Of a DNA stretch of 64,000 bases, positions 1 to 12,121 are shown one piece after another. Within the stretch, counting starts at the first letter, position 1. Each line of letters begins with the position of its first letter. The DNA comes from the human T2T-CHM13v2.0 reference genome, Homo sapiens: the NCBI RefSeq assembly GCF_009914755.1, contig NC_060933.1. One strand, 5' to 3'. The notes under the pieces were generated by a model. The model had not been told where the DNA came from, ran no database searches, and saw only the letters and a list, made by a program, of their open reading frames with translations. A program made the translations under genes and the position numbers.

Positions 1-1194
1 TCATGTTGAAGGTGATATGGTGGTAAGTAGTTGGAACACTGTGTGAAATACTGCACATTTTATTTCAGGCAAGTCCATATCCTTCATGTTTATGCACGTC
101 AATTTAGATAGCAAGTGCTACTGTAAAATGTATTTGAATACTTTTAGGTATTATTTCACTCATATGATACTACTCAGTTTCTAAATAATAGCTTGGTACA
201 TAGAGGTCTGTGGTTCTAATCACACAGAGTGCTCAACATTGGTCAAGTCAATCACTTTTCCTTTACCAGAGTTCCTTACCTGCCAAATGAAGGCATTTGC
301 ATCAACTAATCCACAAGGCTTATTACTCCTTATGGGTCCAACAGCATGCATGAACAACAGGAAACAGCAAAAACAGAAATACCCATAACTGCTACCGAGG
401 TAATTTTCTACACATACAAAGCAGTTAAGATAATTGCCTATCTTGCCACCAAAAGAACAAATGTTTTGTCTCTGAAGACAGAAAAATAAAGATTTTAATC
501 AAAGATTTTAATCTGAACTGGGTTCCATTAAAGCTTGCAAGCTTTCTTACCTGTTAGAGGCTCACATACCACAAGACAAAAGGGAAATAATCTGGGTTCT
601 ACTCCAAAAAGTCTGACTCTGACCATGCTTTAGTCAGGATACATGCTTTCGTCTTTTTCACTCACTTACCTAGAAACAGATAACTCATCTTTCCATCTTA
701 TTCTGTGACGATGAAAGAAGCTAAACCCTAACCCCTAACCCCTTATTCCATTAGGGAATATGTATCTTTCAGAATTACGAAAATTAGTAATCAGGTCATG
801 GTCTACATTCAGCAAAGGAAAGCAATAATGACAAGACAGTTTTATATAAGAGTCTGATACTAAGTCAGAGAAATATCTGCCCAAGTACACCCAAGAACTC
901 CACATGCATGTAACCTCCTGATATTGTTGTATGTCTCTTAGGATTTGGCTTTTGGTGAATAAGTGGCATTAGTCAAGCTATCAACTCTAAGTAGAGGATA
1001 TTCTACTACTAATAGTAAATTCAAGCAGGTCAGGTTACCTTTTGGCTATTAACACCATAATATTACCATCAAAAAGAGGAAAGTTATGAAGTCTTGTATT
1101 TATAAGTGTACGCTAAATACCACTCACCTGGTCTCTTAAGAAATAGAACATCAGACATTTCAACGTTTCTTTACATTCGTCTGATTTTTCTGAT

Positions 1195-1225
1195 ACACAC
1201 ACACACACACACACACAGAGAGAGA

Positions 1226-1260
<35 letters not shown>
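1195..1260. repeat. Compound (CA)n-(GA)n-(CA)n microsatellite
   Basis: Read directly from the sequence. Confidence 0.97.
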
Positions 1261-1262
<2 letters not shown>

Positions 1263-1989
1263 CAGACACAGGACCAGTTTATATATTGTCCAAGATGGAA
1301 GACGTTATAATTAACTGTTTATATCACTAACTTTATATAAGAAACATTCACACTTACAAGATGTTCTTATCCAAGGAGAACAGAAACAACACACAACAAA
1401 GTTTACTGAGTGTGTACACTTGCACTTTCTTTTGAAACATAGTAATTCCTTTTCCCTACTTTTCCTGGAGTCACTGTTTTATAATTTAGGCATTATTTTC
1501 AACCCTGACACACCCTCGAAACAAGCAAATCCAAAATGTAAAAAGAAAACAAACCAAAAAAAACCAAAACCAAAAAACAAAAAACCCACAACGAATATTA
1601 TCAGCACTAATATTTTGATAGAGAAAATAACATTTTAGAATGAGCCAGGCCTCACACCCTAACTGTGAGTAGGTAATAACTCCTCAGACTTCACTCTCCC
1701 CTTTTATGTATCCTGCATGCATTCTGAGTGCTCACAATGCTCAAGGAACTGTGGTGGATACAGAGGAAAAGAAACACCAAGCTGACCTGCAGGAAAGGTA
1801 CTACTCTAAGGGATTTTCCAGTCTAGGAAGCTAAAACATGAGCTAAGTTATGTATGTATTATAGACTTCCCCTCACACAAAAAGCCCAGCTAGGCTTTTT
1901 TCCAGGTGATGTATTTCAGCAGTAAAACCAAACCACCTCACTTAAGGGTAAAATGTTTCTATCAAGGCCACCTACTATTAACCATTACA

Positions 1990-2200
1990 GTATACTGTGT
2001 TAAGACTGCAGGTTTTGAAGTCACACGAGTTGCAGATCTAGCTTAACAATTTGCTAATTACAGTCCTTGGACGAGTTTTTAAACCTCTTTCAGTCTCATC
2101 TTATTCCTCTGTCAAATTGGATTAGAGTATCTCTCTCATAATGTTAAGCGAGATAATGCACAGAAAATACTTAGCATGGTGCTTGACTCAAATCATTTCG
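1990..2200 (+). mobile_element. MIR SINE, degenerate
   Basis: Core-like sequence ccttggacgagtttttaaacctct...ctgtcaaattgg...gagataatgca...cttagcatggtgcttgac. Confidence 0.55.
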
Positions 2201-3759
2201 TCAAATATAAGTTTTCTGGGTGTCAACTAGTATAGAAATAGACAACCACAGGGTTCCTGGACCCTGAAGAGAACACAACAGAGGAGGAGGAGGAACGAGC
2301 AGAGCAAGAACACCTCAGATTTCCTATACCCTTTCCAGCTAACTCCAACCACTAATGTGTCTCTGCCTTGGCTGAAAAAGCCCTGTCTGTTATAAAGGCT
2401 GTCTGGGATTTACCCTAGAGCCACTGAATCAGAATCCAGTTGTGTCTGAAGCATCTGTATTAATAAGTTCCAAAGGTGAGTTACCATGCATACCTAAGTT
2501 TGAGAGCCACAGTGCAAGATAAAATGCTTTACAAGTGTTTCAATATTTGTTGCGACATGATTCAACTAAGATCTGATGTTTTACTCTGAGCCCAATACAG
2601 CTGTCTACAGTCTTCAAAATCTCAGGATCACTGTCCAAAATGTCACTCAGAAATCTTCCTAATGGAATTCTTCCTGATTTACCTCCACTCCTTGCCCAGG
2701 GCTCCTGCCCATTGTGTGGGAAAGAAGAGCATGACACAGAGGTGCCCTCACTGATCCATCTTGCTCTGAGGTCTGGTCAACCCATCTATCCTCACTCACA
2801 GCTCCACATCCTTCTCATCTCACTTTTCCATATCTCTAATGGGTCCTTAACTAATTTATTCAAGATGATGTTACCACATTGCTTTCAAACACTGAGTATT
2901 AAAATCAAGTCTGAGTATTAAAAAACATTGTCTAATAGACACACTCCAATTCTAATGATTTTGGTGCCCTAGTATATATTGGCTTGGTTTCCAAACAGAT
3001 AAAATATAAATTGTCTTAAAGAAACAAAAAAATCCATCAACAATTCACACTACGATAATTATTTAATCTTCATTAGAAGGAAAAAGGGAAGAAAGTCTTG
3101 CATTTGCTGAAATTTGCATGTGGTCAATTCAAAACACAAATACTGTAGGAGACTACAGAATTATTTAAAAATCGTTATCCAGAGAAAGATAAAAAATATT
3201 TACAGAAAAAGTTTCATTAAAATTACTAGATAAATTACCAGATAAAATATACCAGCATTTATACCTCTCCAATTGTATGAAAATTTCTATTACAGGGAGG
3301 TGTGATTAAAGAACTACACTACTTGACTTAGTAATAGATCTAAGCTGGCTACTCAAACAGATTGCCATCTGGTCAATCAATTGCCATTTGAAAAGCTGCT
3401 CTAAAAATATCTTCATATAAGTGCGTAAATCTCATCAAAATGTAATGACTTCTAATTAATTTATGCTAGCTAGCAGGAAACAAAATTTCAATGTACACTT
3501 GAGATTCCCACTTATAATACAATTACCAAAACCCTCCAAGATTCCCAAATTATTTCCCCAAAAAGAGACACGGTTAACATCTCCTGATTCCACTTACTAT
3601 GAAGCCACTATAAACTAGTCCTACAATTAGGGCAATCTCTACCAGCCTTTTAAATGTAGGGGAGTCCATCAATTTGCTTTAGCTACAGAATACACAAAAT
3701 ACGCATTTTCTTATTTCCACAAAATGGCAACAGTACACAAAAGTAAGCGGGTGCTGCTA

Positions 3760-3868
3760 TTTACCAACTCTAAGATTATGTACACTTCTGTAAAATGGGA
3801 ACAATACAGAATTCTCTGCCTCACAGGTTGTGAGAATCAGAGAGAAAATGTATGTAAAAGCATACTGT
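3760..3868 (+). mobile_element. MIR fragment interrupted by the NOP56 retrocopy (short remainder ~4782-4815)
   Basis: ctgtaaaatggg...tgcctcacaggttgtgagaatc.gag.aaatgtatgtaaaagc is the MIR 3' half. Confidence 0.6.
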
Positions 3869-4781
3869 TTCCCAGGGCCTAGCAAAAGGACCAAGTCTCC
3901 AGAGCCCTGATGACAAAGGGTAATACACCAAAATATGGACTCGTTTTCCACTCCACCTTCACTGGCCAAGCAGCTGCCAGGAATAAAGGTCGCATCTCCC
4001 AATACCTGGCAAACAAATGCAGTATTGCCTCGCAAATCGACTGCTTCGCTGAGGTGCTCATGAGCATATTTGGGGAGAAGCTTCAAGAACAAGTTGAAGA
4101 GAGACTGTCTTTCTATGAGACTGGAGAGATCCTATCAAAGAAAATGGATGTCATGAAAACAGAAATGGTTCAGGCAGAGAAAACGGCTGCTGAGATTATT
4201 AGGAAGCTGGAGAAACAGGAGTAGAAACACTTAAACAAGGAAAAGAAATGCTAGCTGCACTTGCCGTCCCATCTTTGGAAAACAGAACTCCAGAGGAGTG
4301 TGCAAAGACAAGTGTAAAACCCAAAAAGAAGAAAAAGCAAAAGCCCCAGGAGGCTCCTCAGGAGAATGGAATCAAAGACCCATCTAACTCTTTCTCCAAA
4401 CCTAATAAAAGGAAATCTTTTTCCAAGGAGAAATTGGTTAGCAGCCATCGAGAAGAGACCGCTGGCAGCATCAGTCTTCCCAACAGGAAGACGTCTTCAC
4501 CCAAGGAGGAAGCAGTTAATGATCCCAAAGAGGCAGGCAACAGGAGTGTCACTAAGAAAAAAACAGGAAATTCCCCTTCAAAGAGGAAGGAGCTGGTCAG
4601 CAGTGGACCTGAAGAGGCTGCTGGCAGCAAGAGCAGCTCCAAGAAGAAGAAAAAGTTACATAAAGTACCCCAGGAAGATGAGAGTGCAAACGGACGTCCC
4701 CCGTCAGGCGGGGCACATCCTACCCCAAGGCGACATTTCCCATTCCGTGTCCTACACCCCAATAAAAAATTCTCACACACG
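3869..4781 (+). pseudogene. NOP56: NOP56 processed pseudogene, 5'-truncated (C-terminal Nop domain, lysine-rich tail and 3'UTR)
   Basis: ORFs 3910..4224 and 4248..4811 resemble the NOP56 C-terminus ([37 protein letters not shown] ... KKKKK.HK..QED). It is intronless, with a premature TAG at 4222-4224, a frameshift near 4249, the native stop lost, AATAAA at 4761 and TSD AAGCATACTGT (3858-3868) / AAGCATATTGT (4782-4792). The symbol names the parent gene. Confidence 0.95.
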
Positions 4782-6437
4782 AAGCATATTGTGAATCCTA
4801 AGGCAGTATGATTATGGATATGCACAGAAATATACACTCCTTCACCAAAATGATATTCACAGGCAGAAGTACAGACACTAGAAAAATACTGAAACAACTC
4901 CTTCATTTGAGCTGCTGTTTCTGAAGTGTCAGCCATTAAACTGGAGCCAAGATTCTCTAAGAAGATACTCTTTCCAAAAGACATAAATCAATGGGCACCA
5001 GATTGTATCTGTGAATCTCTCTCATGCGTGCACATGCAGATTATCTCACAAAAGCTCCAACAAGTCCAAAGCAGCAAACAAGAAGTAAACACAAAAGGAA
5101 AAATTCCTGAGAAAACAGCATAATGTTTTGAGATGAGTCACATCCAGGTTTGCATGGGGAGGATTCAGGAAAAGGAACAGTACATGCTCTTTCTGCACAT
5201 GCAGCCACAGCCATCCTGGCTTGCACAAAACAGCAAGGTGTTTAAGTGACTCTGATCAACACAGCATGCTGATGATCCCATTGTACATTTGATTTGGCTC
5301 AGGATCGCCCAATCGAATTTGCTAACACAGTAGACTCCAGAAGAATCACCCATTAACAACAATCCAAATACAGCCTCTAAATGTGCATAAGGCCTTTTGT
5401 GATCTCCACTGGAGCTTATAGTATCTAACAGCTGCAACTGTGACTGTTCTAGCTAATTGCTCTCAGCAACAAAAATAAACAATCGCTTCAGGAAGGAGAC
5501 TGTATCCACCAAATATTAATGAATTTTTAAAATCAGAAATCTCAAATCTTGGTTTAAAAATCTTGCTACTGCTAAAAAGTCTGAAACAGAGTTAAGGAGG
5601 CCCTGAAAGTCCTTATTTTGTAGTTAATTCGCCCCTCCCACCCACCTAACCCCCTCCCCCACAGTTAAAAAAAAAAAAAAAGGAAAAAGGAATGTGGCTT
5701 GGGTTTGGAAGAATTTAAGCAATCTGAGATATTTTAACTCATGTATAACTTTTTAACATATGGGGGAAAAGAGTCGCACTGATTGGAGCTATTTTTAAAG
5801 TGCAGCTCTACCATAAAAATAGACATTTACTCATAAGGATGCTTGAATAGAGAACAAGCCCAATCTACGTCTCATTGTTAAGAAAGGGGTGAAAAAAGGC
5901 TGTCGTGCTTTCTGGAGAGCCGTTTATGGTCCGCCTGTGATGTCATGGCAGGATCCAGGTGCACTCTAACGAGCAGCTTTCAGTCTCATCAATTCCTTTA
6001 AAAGTGCTCTTCTACCATCAGCTAGTTCTCTGAGCACAAGCAATAAGGAGCCAGTATTTACCCAGACCCTTGCAAGACAGAACATCACCGCAATCACAGA
6101 CCCAGGAAGGAGGAGGAAAAATTACTCACACACAATTGGGTTCATCGTCGTCCTCTCCTCCTGTCCCCATTAGGGATGGAAGCATTTTCTTTTGCTAAGA
6201 AAAGAAGGACAGAAGTAGTTATCAGTACCCTATGACATCTACTCACCCTCTGTCCGTAGAGAGAAAAAGTAGCTTCATACTTCTCTCCCTATCCATGACC
6301 CTACTGCATAGCTGATGCTTGCGACCAAATTACCCACCGAACACAGTAGCAAGTAGTCATTTAGGCATCACTACCCTAAACTGAGGTTTGGAGAGATCAT
6401 CTTAGCGTCTGGACTTCATCTGTCTTTAGCCTTTTTA

Positions 6438-6750
<313 letters not shown>

Positions 6751-9700
6751 AGCCTGGAGAAATACAGTTGTAATAGGAAACCACATAGAACTCCTGATTT
6801 TTACACCTCCCTGACATAATGTCAGCAACAATCAATGTAACAAAAAACAGACAACAGCTTTGACATGTCTTAAAAATCAGAAATACGTTATTTTATCTCA
6901 AAAAATATTATTCATATACGCATAGAACACAATTAAAAAAGCAAAAAAACTTTATTAAAAAAGCAAATCTGAACGTTTAAAAATGTTGTAGAAAGGATTA
7001 AAAATAAAGAGGCAGCGACAAAATGTACTAAAAAATGTTTTCTTTCCATGAAAGGACTGAGTAAATTTTGACCTGAATTTTTTTGTACTTTATGCATTTT
7101 CGACAGTGACTATACTATTATTGACTGAAATTATTCTTAAGGGAGGTAAACGATATTGAGCACATCAAAAAATACTATATGCACTTACCTATGTTCAACT
7201 TCTAGATGCCATACATATCCTGAAGGATTTCAAAAATCTGACATCCTAAAAGGACACAGCTTATTAAAGTTAATTCAGCTTGTGTTTTAGTACTTTGATG
7301 GTAGGAAGGACAGAGCTCCAAGAGTGGGGGAGGGCTGGGTTTCAGTGCCAGGTCTCAGGTTAGCAAAAAATCTTGGAGAACCTTAATCTCTCTGGGTCTG
7401 GCTCATACATCTGCAAAATAAGGTGTGCTGAACAAGACCACTGAAGTGTCTTCCAACTCAAAACCAGACTGAGAAATAGAACATAGATTAAGTCTTCAGC
7501 CTAAATCTTACAGCATAGTGACTGGTACAGCGTAGATGCTTGATGTACACTTAGTGAAAGAAAGGAAATTTTAAAAAAGTAAACTATTTAAATCAGAGCT
7601 TCCCACACATAAGCCCTGGTGTGCTGCTTGGCCTAGAAGTGGTTGTACGTGTGTGGAGATAAAGGTTCCCCCTCAGGACAGGCACTCATGACATAAACGA
7701 GCTTGGGAAGCACAACTTTTAAAATGTACTACTATTTCAGCAAAAAATAAAATAAATTTTCATTATTAGGATGAGGATAAGTTTCAGACTAAATTTATGA
7801 AAAGTTCTTACCACCCTTTATGTAGGAAAGACCGAATGCTTGGCTTATCATCTGGTCCTCAGGCCATCTTAAGACAGAAAACATAAGTAGCAGTTTACTT
7901 AAGCAAAGAGGACTTCTTTATGCAATGTATGAATAGAACACAGGTACTTCTTTAAGAGTAACCCCTGAAAAACAGAATACATTCAACATATAGTTCTCTA
8001 CATACAGAAAACACACTGCAGCAACCATTCTCAAGAGATGAAATTTCTACTAAAGAACATTTCATAAAGTAACAACTGCAATTTCTGCTTCAGCATTTCT
8101 AGTAATATCTGCTTAACCTTTCTGATAGTAACCCAGGTTTTTTTTTTCTTGGTGTGAAAATCTGCATTATTTCTTATAATTACTACTACCTAAGGCATAA
8201 CAAAACATTTTTAAAGAAATAGATGATCTACAACATGGATGTAAAAGTACGGGGATTTTCTTTCAACAAGGTGCTCAATGGTACTTCCTGATGGGCTGCT
8301 TTTTTTCTTCAAGGTCCAAGGAATGAAGCACTGCATCTTTTGGATGCCTACATCGATTTATGGGTCATGACCTCCCTCCCCCATTCTCATGGCCAGCTGC
8401 TGCACCTTTGCCACACTGCAATTAAAAACCCGCAATCCAGATAACAAAACTACCTTGCCAACTGTGTTTCATTCCAAAGAGTGAGTCACCCTGAGAATGG
8501 CTGCTGGTCTCATCATGTCTGCAAGAAAATCCGCAGATGGGCGGGTTGTTTCTGAAGCATGCATTCAACAGGACGAGGAGCATTCTCAAAAGGAGTACAC
8601 CATGAAAATCAGCATTAGAGGTAGCATGTGGCTATCAACAACCTGTAGGTCAAAGGGCCTTACAGGATTAAAAAAACCCAGCAAGGTTCATCATTGAAAT
8701 GGTTATTGAGTTTCCAAACACCAAAAAAAAAAAAAAAAAAAAGGGCAACCTATCAAACTAAAACCTCATCTTGCATATATCTGAGAAGTATTTGAATTTT
8801 ATAATTTTTCCCTCACCTTCGATGAAGGTGATGCTTGAGTGATACAGGTAAGAAGAGTGTAAAATTCATATCCAAGAAAGGAATGAATCAGGTACTGTAA
8901 CACTAGAAATAGTATAAACCCTAAAAAATGATAACTTTTATCATCTGAACAATAGAGTTTTTTAGGTATAATAGTGGGAGAAAAAGATCAGTATTCTGTT
9001 GCTGGAGAGATTCTATTTTTGTTTGATCTTTTCACATACACTGACTGCCTGACACACCCCAAATAAATGTCTCTTTTAAAAGAGAGGAATGTCCCTAGCA
9101 AGTTCTACGGAACTCCCCAAACCACACATAACCTATCATGGCAAGTAATTTTTAGTGTTGCAGTAGAAATGGGCAAGAAAAAAAGTTTTGCTGTTTAGGT
9201 ATTTTTTAGACTTAACTAGTCATGGGCACAAACTCCTAAGTCTAGACTGAATATGACTTATTAATTCTCCAGAAATAATAGAGGTAGAGGCTTGCCTATG
9301 TCTTTGATCCCAGGGATGTCTTCTTGAATTGCCTCCCCGGGTATCTTTTAAAATCCCACCTACCCTTACTGATGCAGCTCAACTGCTGCCACTTCTGTGT
9401 GGCTCAGCATTCCCATCCCAGGAACAACCTTCTCCACGACTACATGCAACATTAGAAGTCTCCCCACTTCCTCCTCTTTTAATGCACTTTGTGTACAACA
9501 CTTTACTGTAGTTACTTACAGATGTAATCTTCTAGAGCATGACAGGCTCCAGGAGAGCAGAAAGGCGTATGTCTTCCACACATTTATGTCTGCAGAAATA
9601 GACTGTTTTCTTGTATTTATAAGGTTGCTATAAGGTATTTATTTGAAAAAACACCTATGAGTGATTTTGAGGCTGAGTATTAACGTAGTCTTCACCTATA

Positions 9701-12079
9701 TCTTTAGTTACTTAAACCAAAAGTAATGTTAATACTAAGTTTAAGATCCTAAGATAGTGGTGAGTCTTAAGGTAGGGTAAAACCCATCAAGCATACTTAT
9801 AATATCCAGGGTACTTTACTATATTAGTACATTCAAAATCGTCACTCCATAGTTTATGTTTAGAGAGAGCAAGACTATCCAGCCAGATACCTCACGCCAT
9901 CCAGTTATTCAGATCGACAGTGTCTTATCGTTTATTAGTAGCTTTGCGTTTTTTAAAGAGAGGATCTGGACAACTTGAGCATGAGAGCGTTCAAAGATTT
10001 GCAAAACTAAGTGATACCACTGTCAGACTGAAAATTAAACAATCAGCCAACAATTAGTCCAAGAAAGGAAAAGAAGCATCTGTAAGAGGAGTAGAACAGG
10101 TTTTACTTTTGTGAGTTGTAACTGCATTTATAAAAACTACAGCAAAGTAGCTTGACAGCTGCTCCTGGGCTCTCATAGCACTTAGGAAGTTGCAGTCGTA
10201 ACCTGCTGGCTTGTTGGTCCTCCCTTCCAGGTGGTATCCAAGAAGGTAAGAGCAGTATTTTGCTCACTTTTATAGACCCAGGGCACAGTATGGTAGATAG
10301 TTAACTATGTGCTGACCAACCAAAAAATCTTTATTTTTATGAGCCAGAATTCTAGAAAGGTTAATTTCAATAAGGTCCATCCTATATCCACAGGATGCCT
10401 GTAATAGTGGTGTAAATATTCAATCTTTGCAACTTGAAGGGAGATGGGCCTACTTTTGGAAATTTTCAGAGGAGGAGTGTGACTACTACTAGAAGTAGAA
10501 AAATATGGGCTATTAACTGCAATGACAGACTATAAATGCTCTTCATCCAATAATAATAAACTGTCACGATTTTATCAGTATTTGTTTGGTCCCACTGTTT
10601 GAGGTTCCACTATAATAGAGGCATAAAAAAGCTAAATGCCCCTCTTTTTTTCTTCTACCCAATAAAAGGTATATGGCCTATTGCTCCATAAGTAGGTTAA
10701 TAGGCCTAGGTACTACAATTTCAACAAACTTATTAAAAAACACATTTTCTTTGTTCTAGGTAACGCTGTAAGCAAGCAGTTGTCAGTTTCCACTACAATT
10801 CATTTGTAAACCTCTTATAAAGAGTAGAAATCTTGCAATCTGTTTATCTTAAAAAAACAGAATGGTTAAATTGCTAACATTTTTTTCTCAGATTATAATA
10901 ATGTAAAATGATGTTAACATTAAGAATTTCACGTAGGCCGCTCTAAAACTGAATTTCAATATTGTTCAGATAATTTCCAAGCACAGGTTAAAAAAAAAAA
11001 AAAAAAGGGAGAAAGACGAAATTTCTCCTCAAATATACCAGTAGTTACTATACCAACTTCCTTTGCTGAGAATTTTTCCACTATCTGCTCAATTATAAAA
11101 GAACTGCTGACATGCAAACCAATCAAAATACCGATAAAACATGCAAGAGGAGAGAGGTGAGGGGAGGATGTTCCAACATCACAAAATTAGAGTATTAAAT
11201 TCATATAATAAGAAGAGGGAGTATGGAGATTTAAGACTAATTGCATGTTGAAAAAAGGAAGTGTCTTGTCACTCAACTACGCTCTTGACTAGTAGGTTGT
11301 GAATTCAAGACAATTACTTTTAGAATGGCTTTTACCAAAAAAGCCGACAGATACAATAAAATTAAAATAAGTCATTTAGTATACTTTGTTTAAAAAAAAA
11401 GTGTTTCATTATTATACTCATTTGTCTGAAGTTCTATAGAAGTAGAATCCTTTCACAAAAGATCAGCAGGAAATCCTTTTAACCTTCACAGATCTGTTAA
11501 GGGTGTATACAAGAACTGAACTTCTATGCGAAATACGGGGTTGGCAGAGTTCATGGTTTGTAACGTGTGTGACACACAACAACACTAACTTAACAGAAAC
11601 TGAATTTCTGATTTTAGGGAACAATCTCTTGACAATCTAGCATTTGTGCAAAAAAGTAACTTTCACACAGCAACACTTAATCCCATGAGGGAATTAAAGA
11701 TTGCCAGTGGAAGCCGAGTAAGCTACTTTCCTCCTGTTTGGTTTTTAACTGACGTGTAAGGGTGATTATCTGTGCAAAAAGCTGAAGGTTGAATCCCAGC
11801 CATAAAATGGTGTCGATATCCGATTTCCCAAACTTTACAACTAGCAGATGAGAGTATGTTCTCCTGTGAGAATTACTCATTTAGCAGTATTTGAAAACTA
11901 ATCAGAAGGTGTCATTCAGTCCAAAAATTTTCTGCACGTTCTACTTCAATTAACTTGCCTTTTGGAATTCTAAGAGGTAACACTGCTTTCCACTAAAACT
12001 CTCAGGGAACTTCTTTTAATTCAAGAAAGCAAGTCTGCTTATTAGACTGAGCACAGGTGCCCCCGAATTGTGTATAAAG

Positions 12080-12121
12080 ACCTACTCACCACACTGTTCT
12101 TTCCCTTCAACTTTGTTTATT
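12080..12121 (-). terminator. Distal polyadenylation site: AATAAA at 12116-12121, likely cleavage ~12095-12100, GU-rich downstream element
   Basis: Sense strand reads AATAAA-CAAAGTTGAAGGGAAAGAACA-GTGTGGTGAGTAGGTCTTT; upstream UGUA motifs. Confidence 0.75.

Noticed and set aside
488-513. Short direct repeats (aaagattttaatc x2; also ~2892-2923 and ~56451-56476)
   Set aside because: Ordinary slippage duplications with no array or spacer structure; not CRISPR-like.
721-745. Telomere-like ctaaaccctaacccctaacccctta
   Set aside because: Only about three degenerate units; too short to call an interstitial telomeric sequence.
3820-3902. SNORD86 copy at the pseudogene 5' end
   Set aside because: No box C/D sequence is present; sequence upstream of the TSD is MIR-like.
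4358-4984. 208-aa minus-strand ORF and other ORFs overlapping the pseudogene
   Set aside because: Antisense or off-frame shadows of the purine-rich NOP56 sequence.
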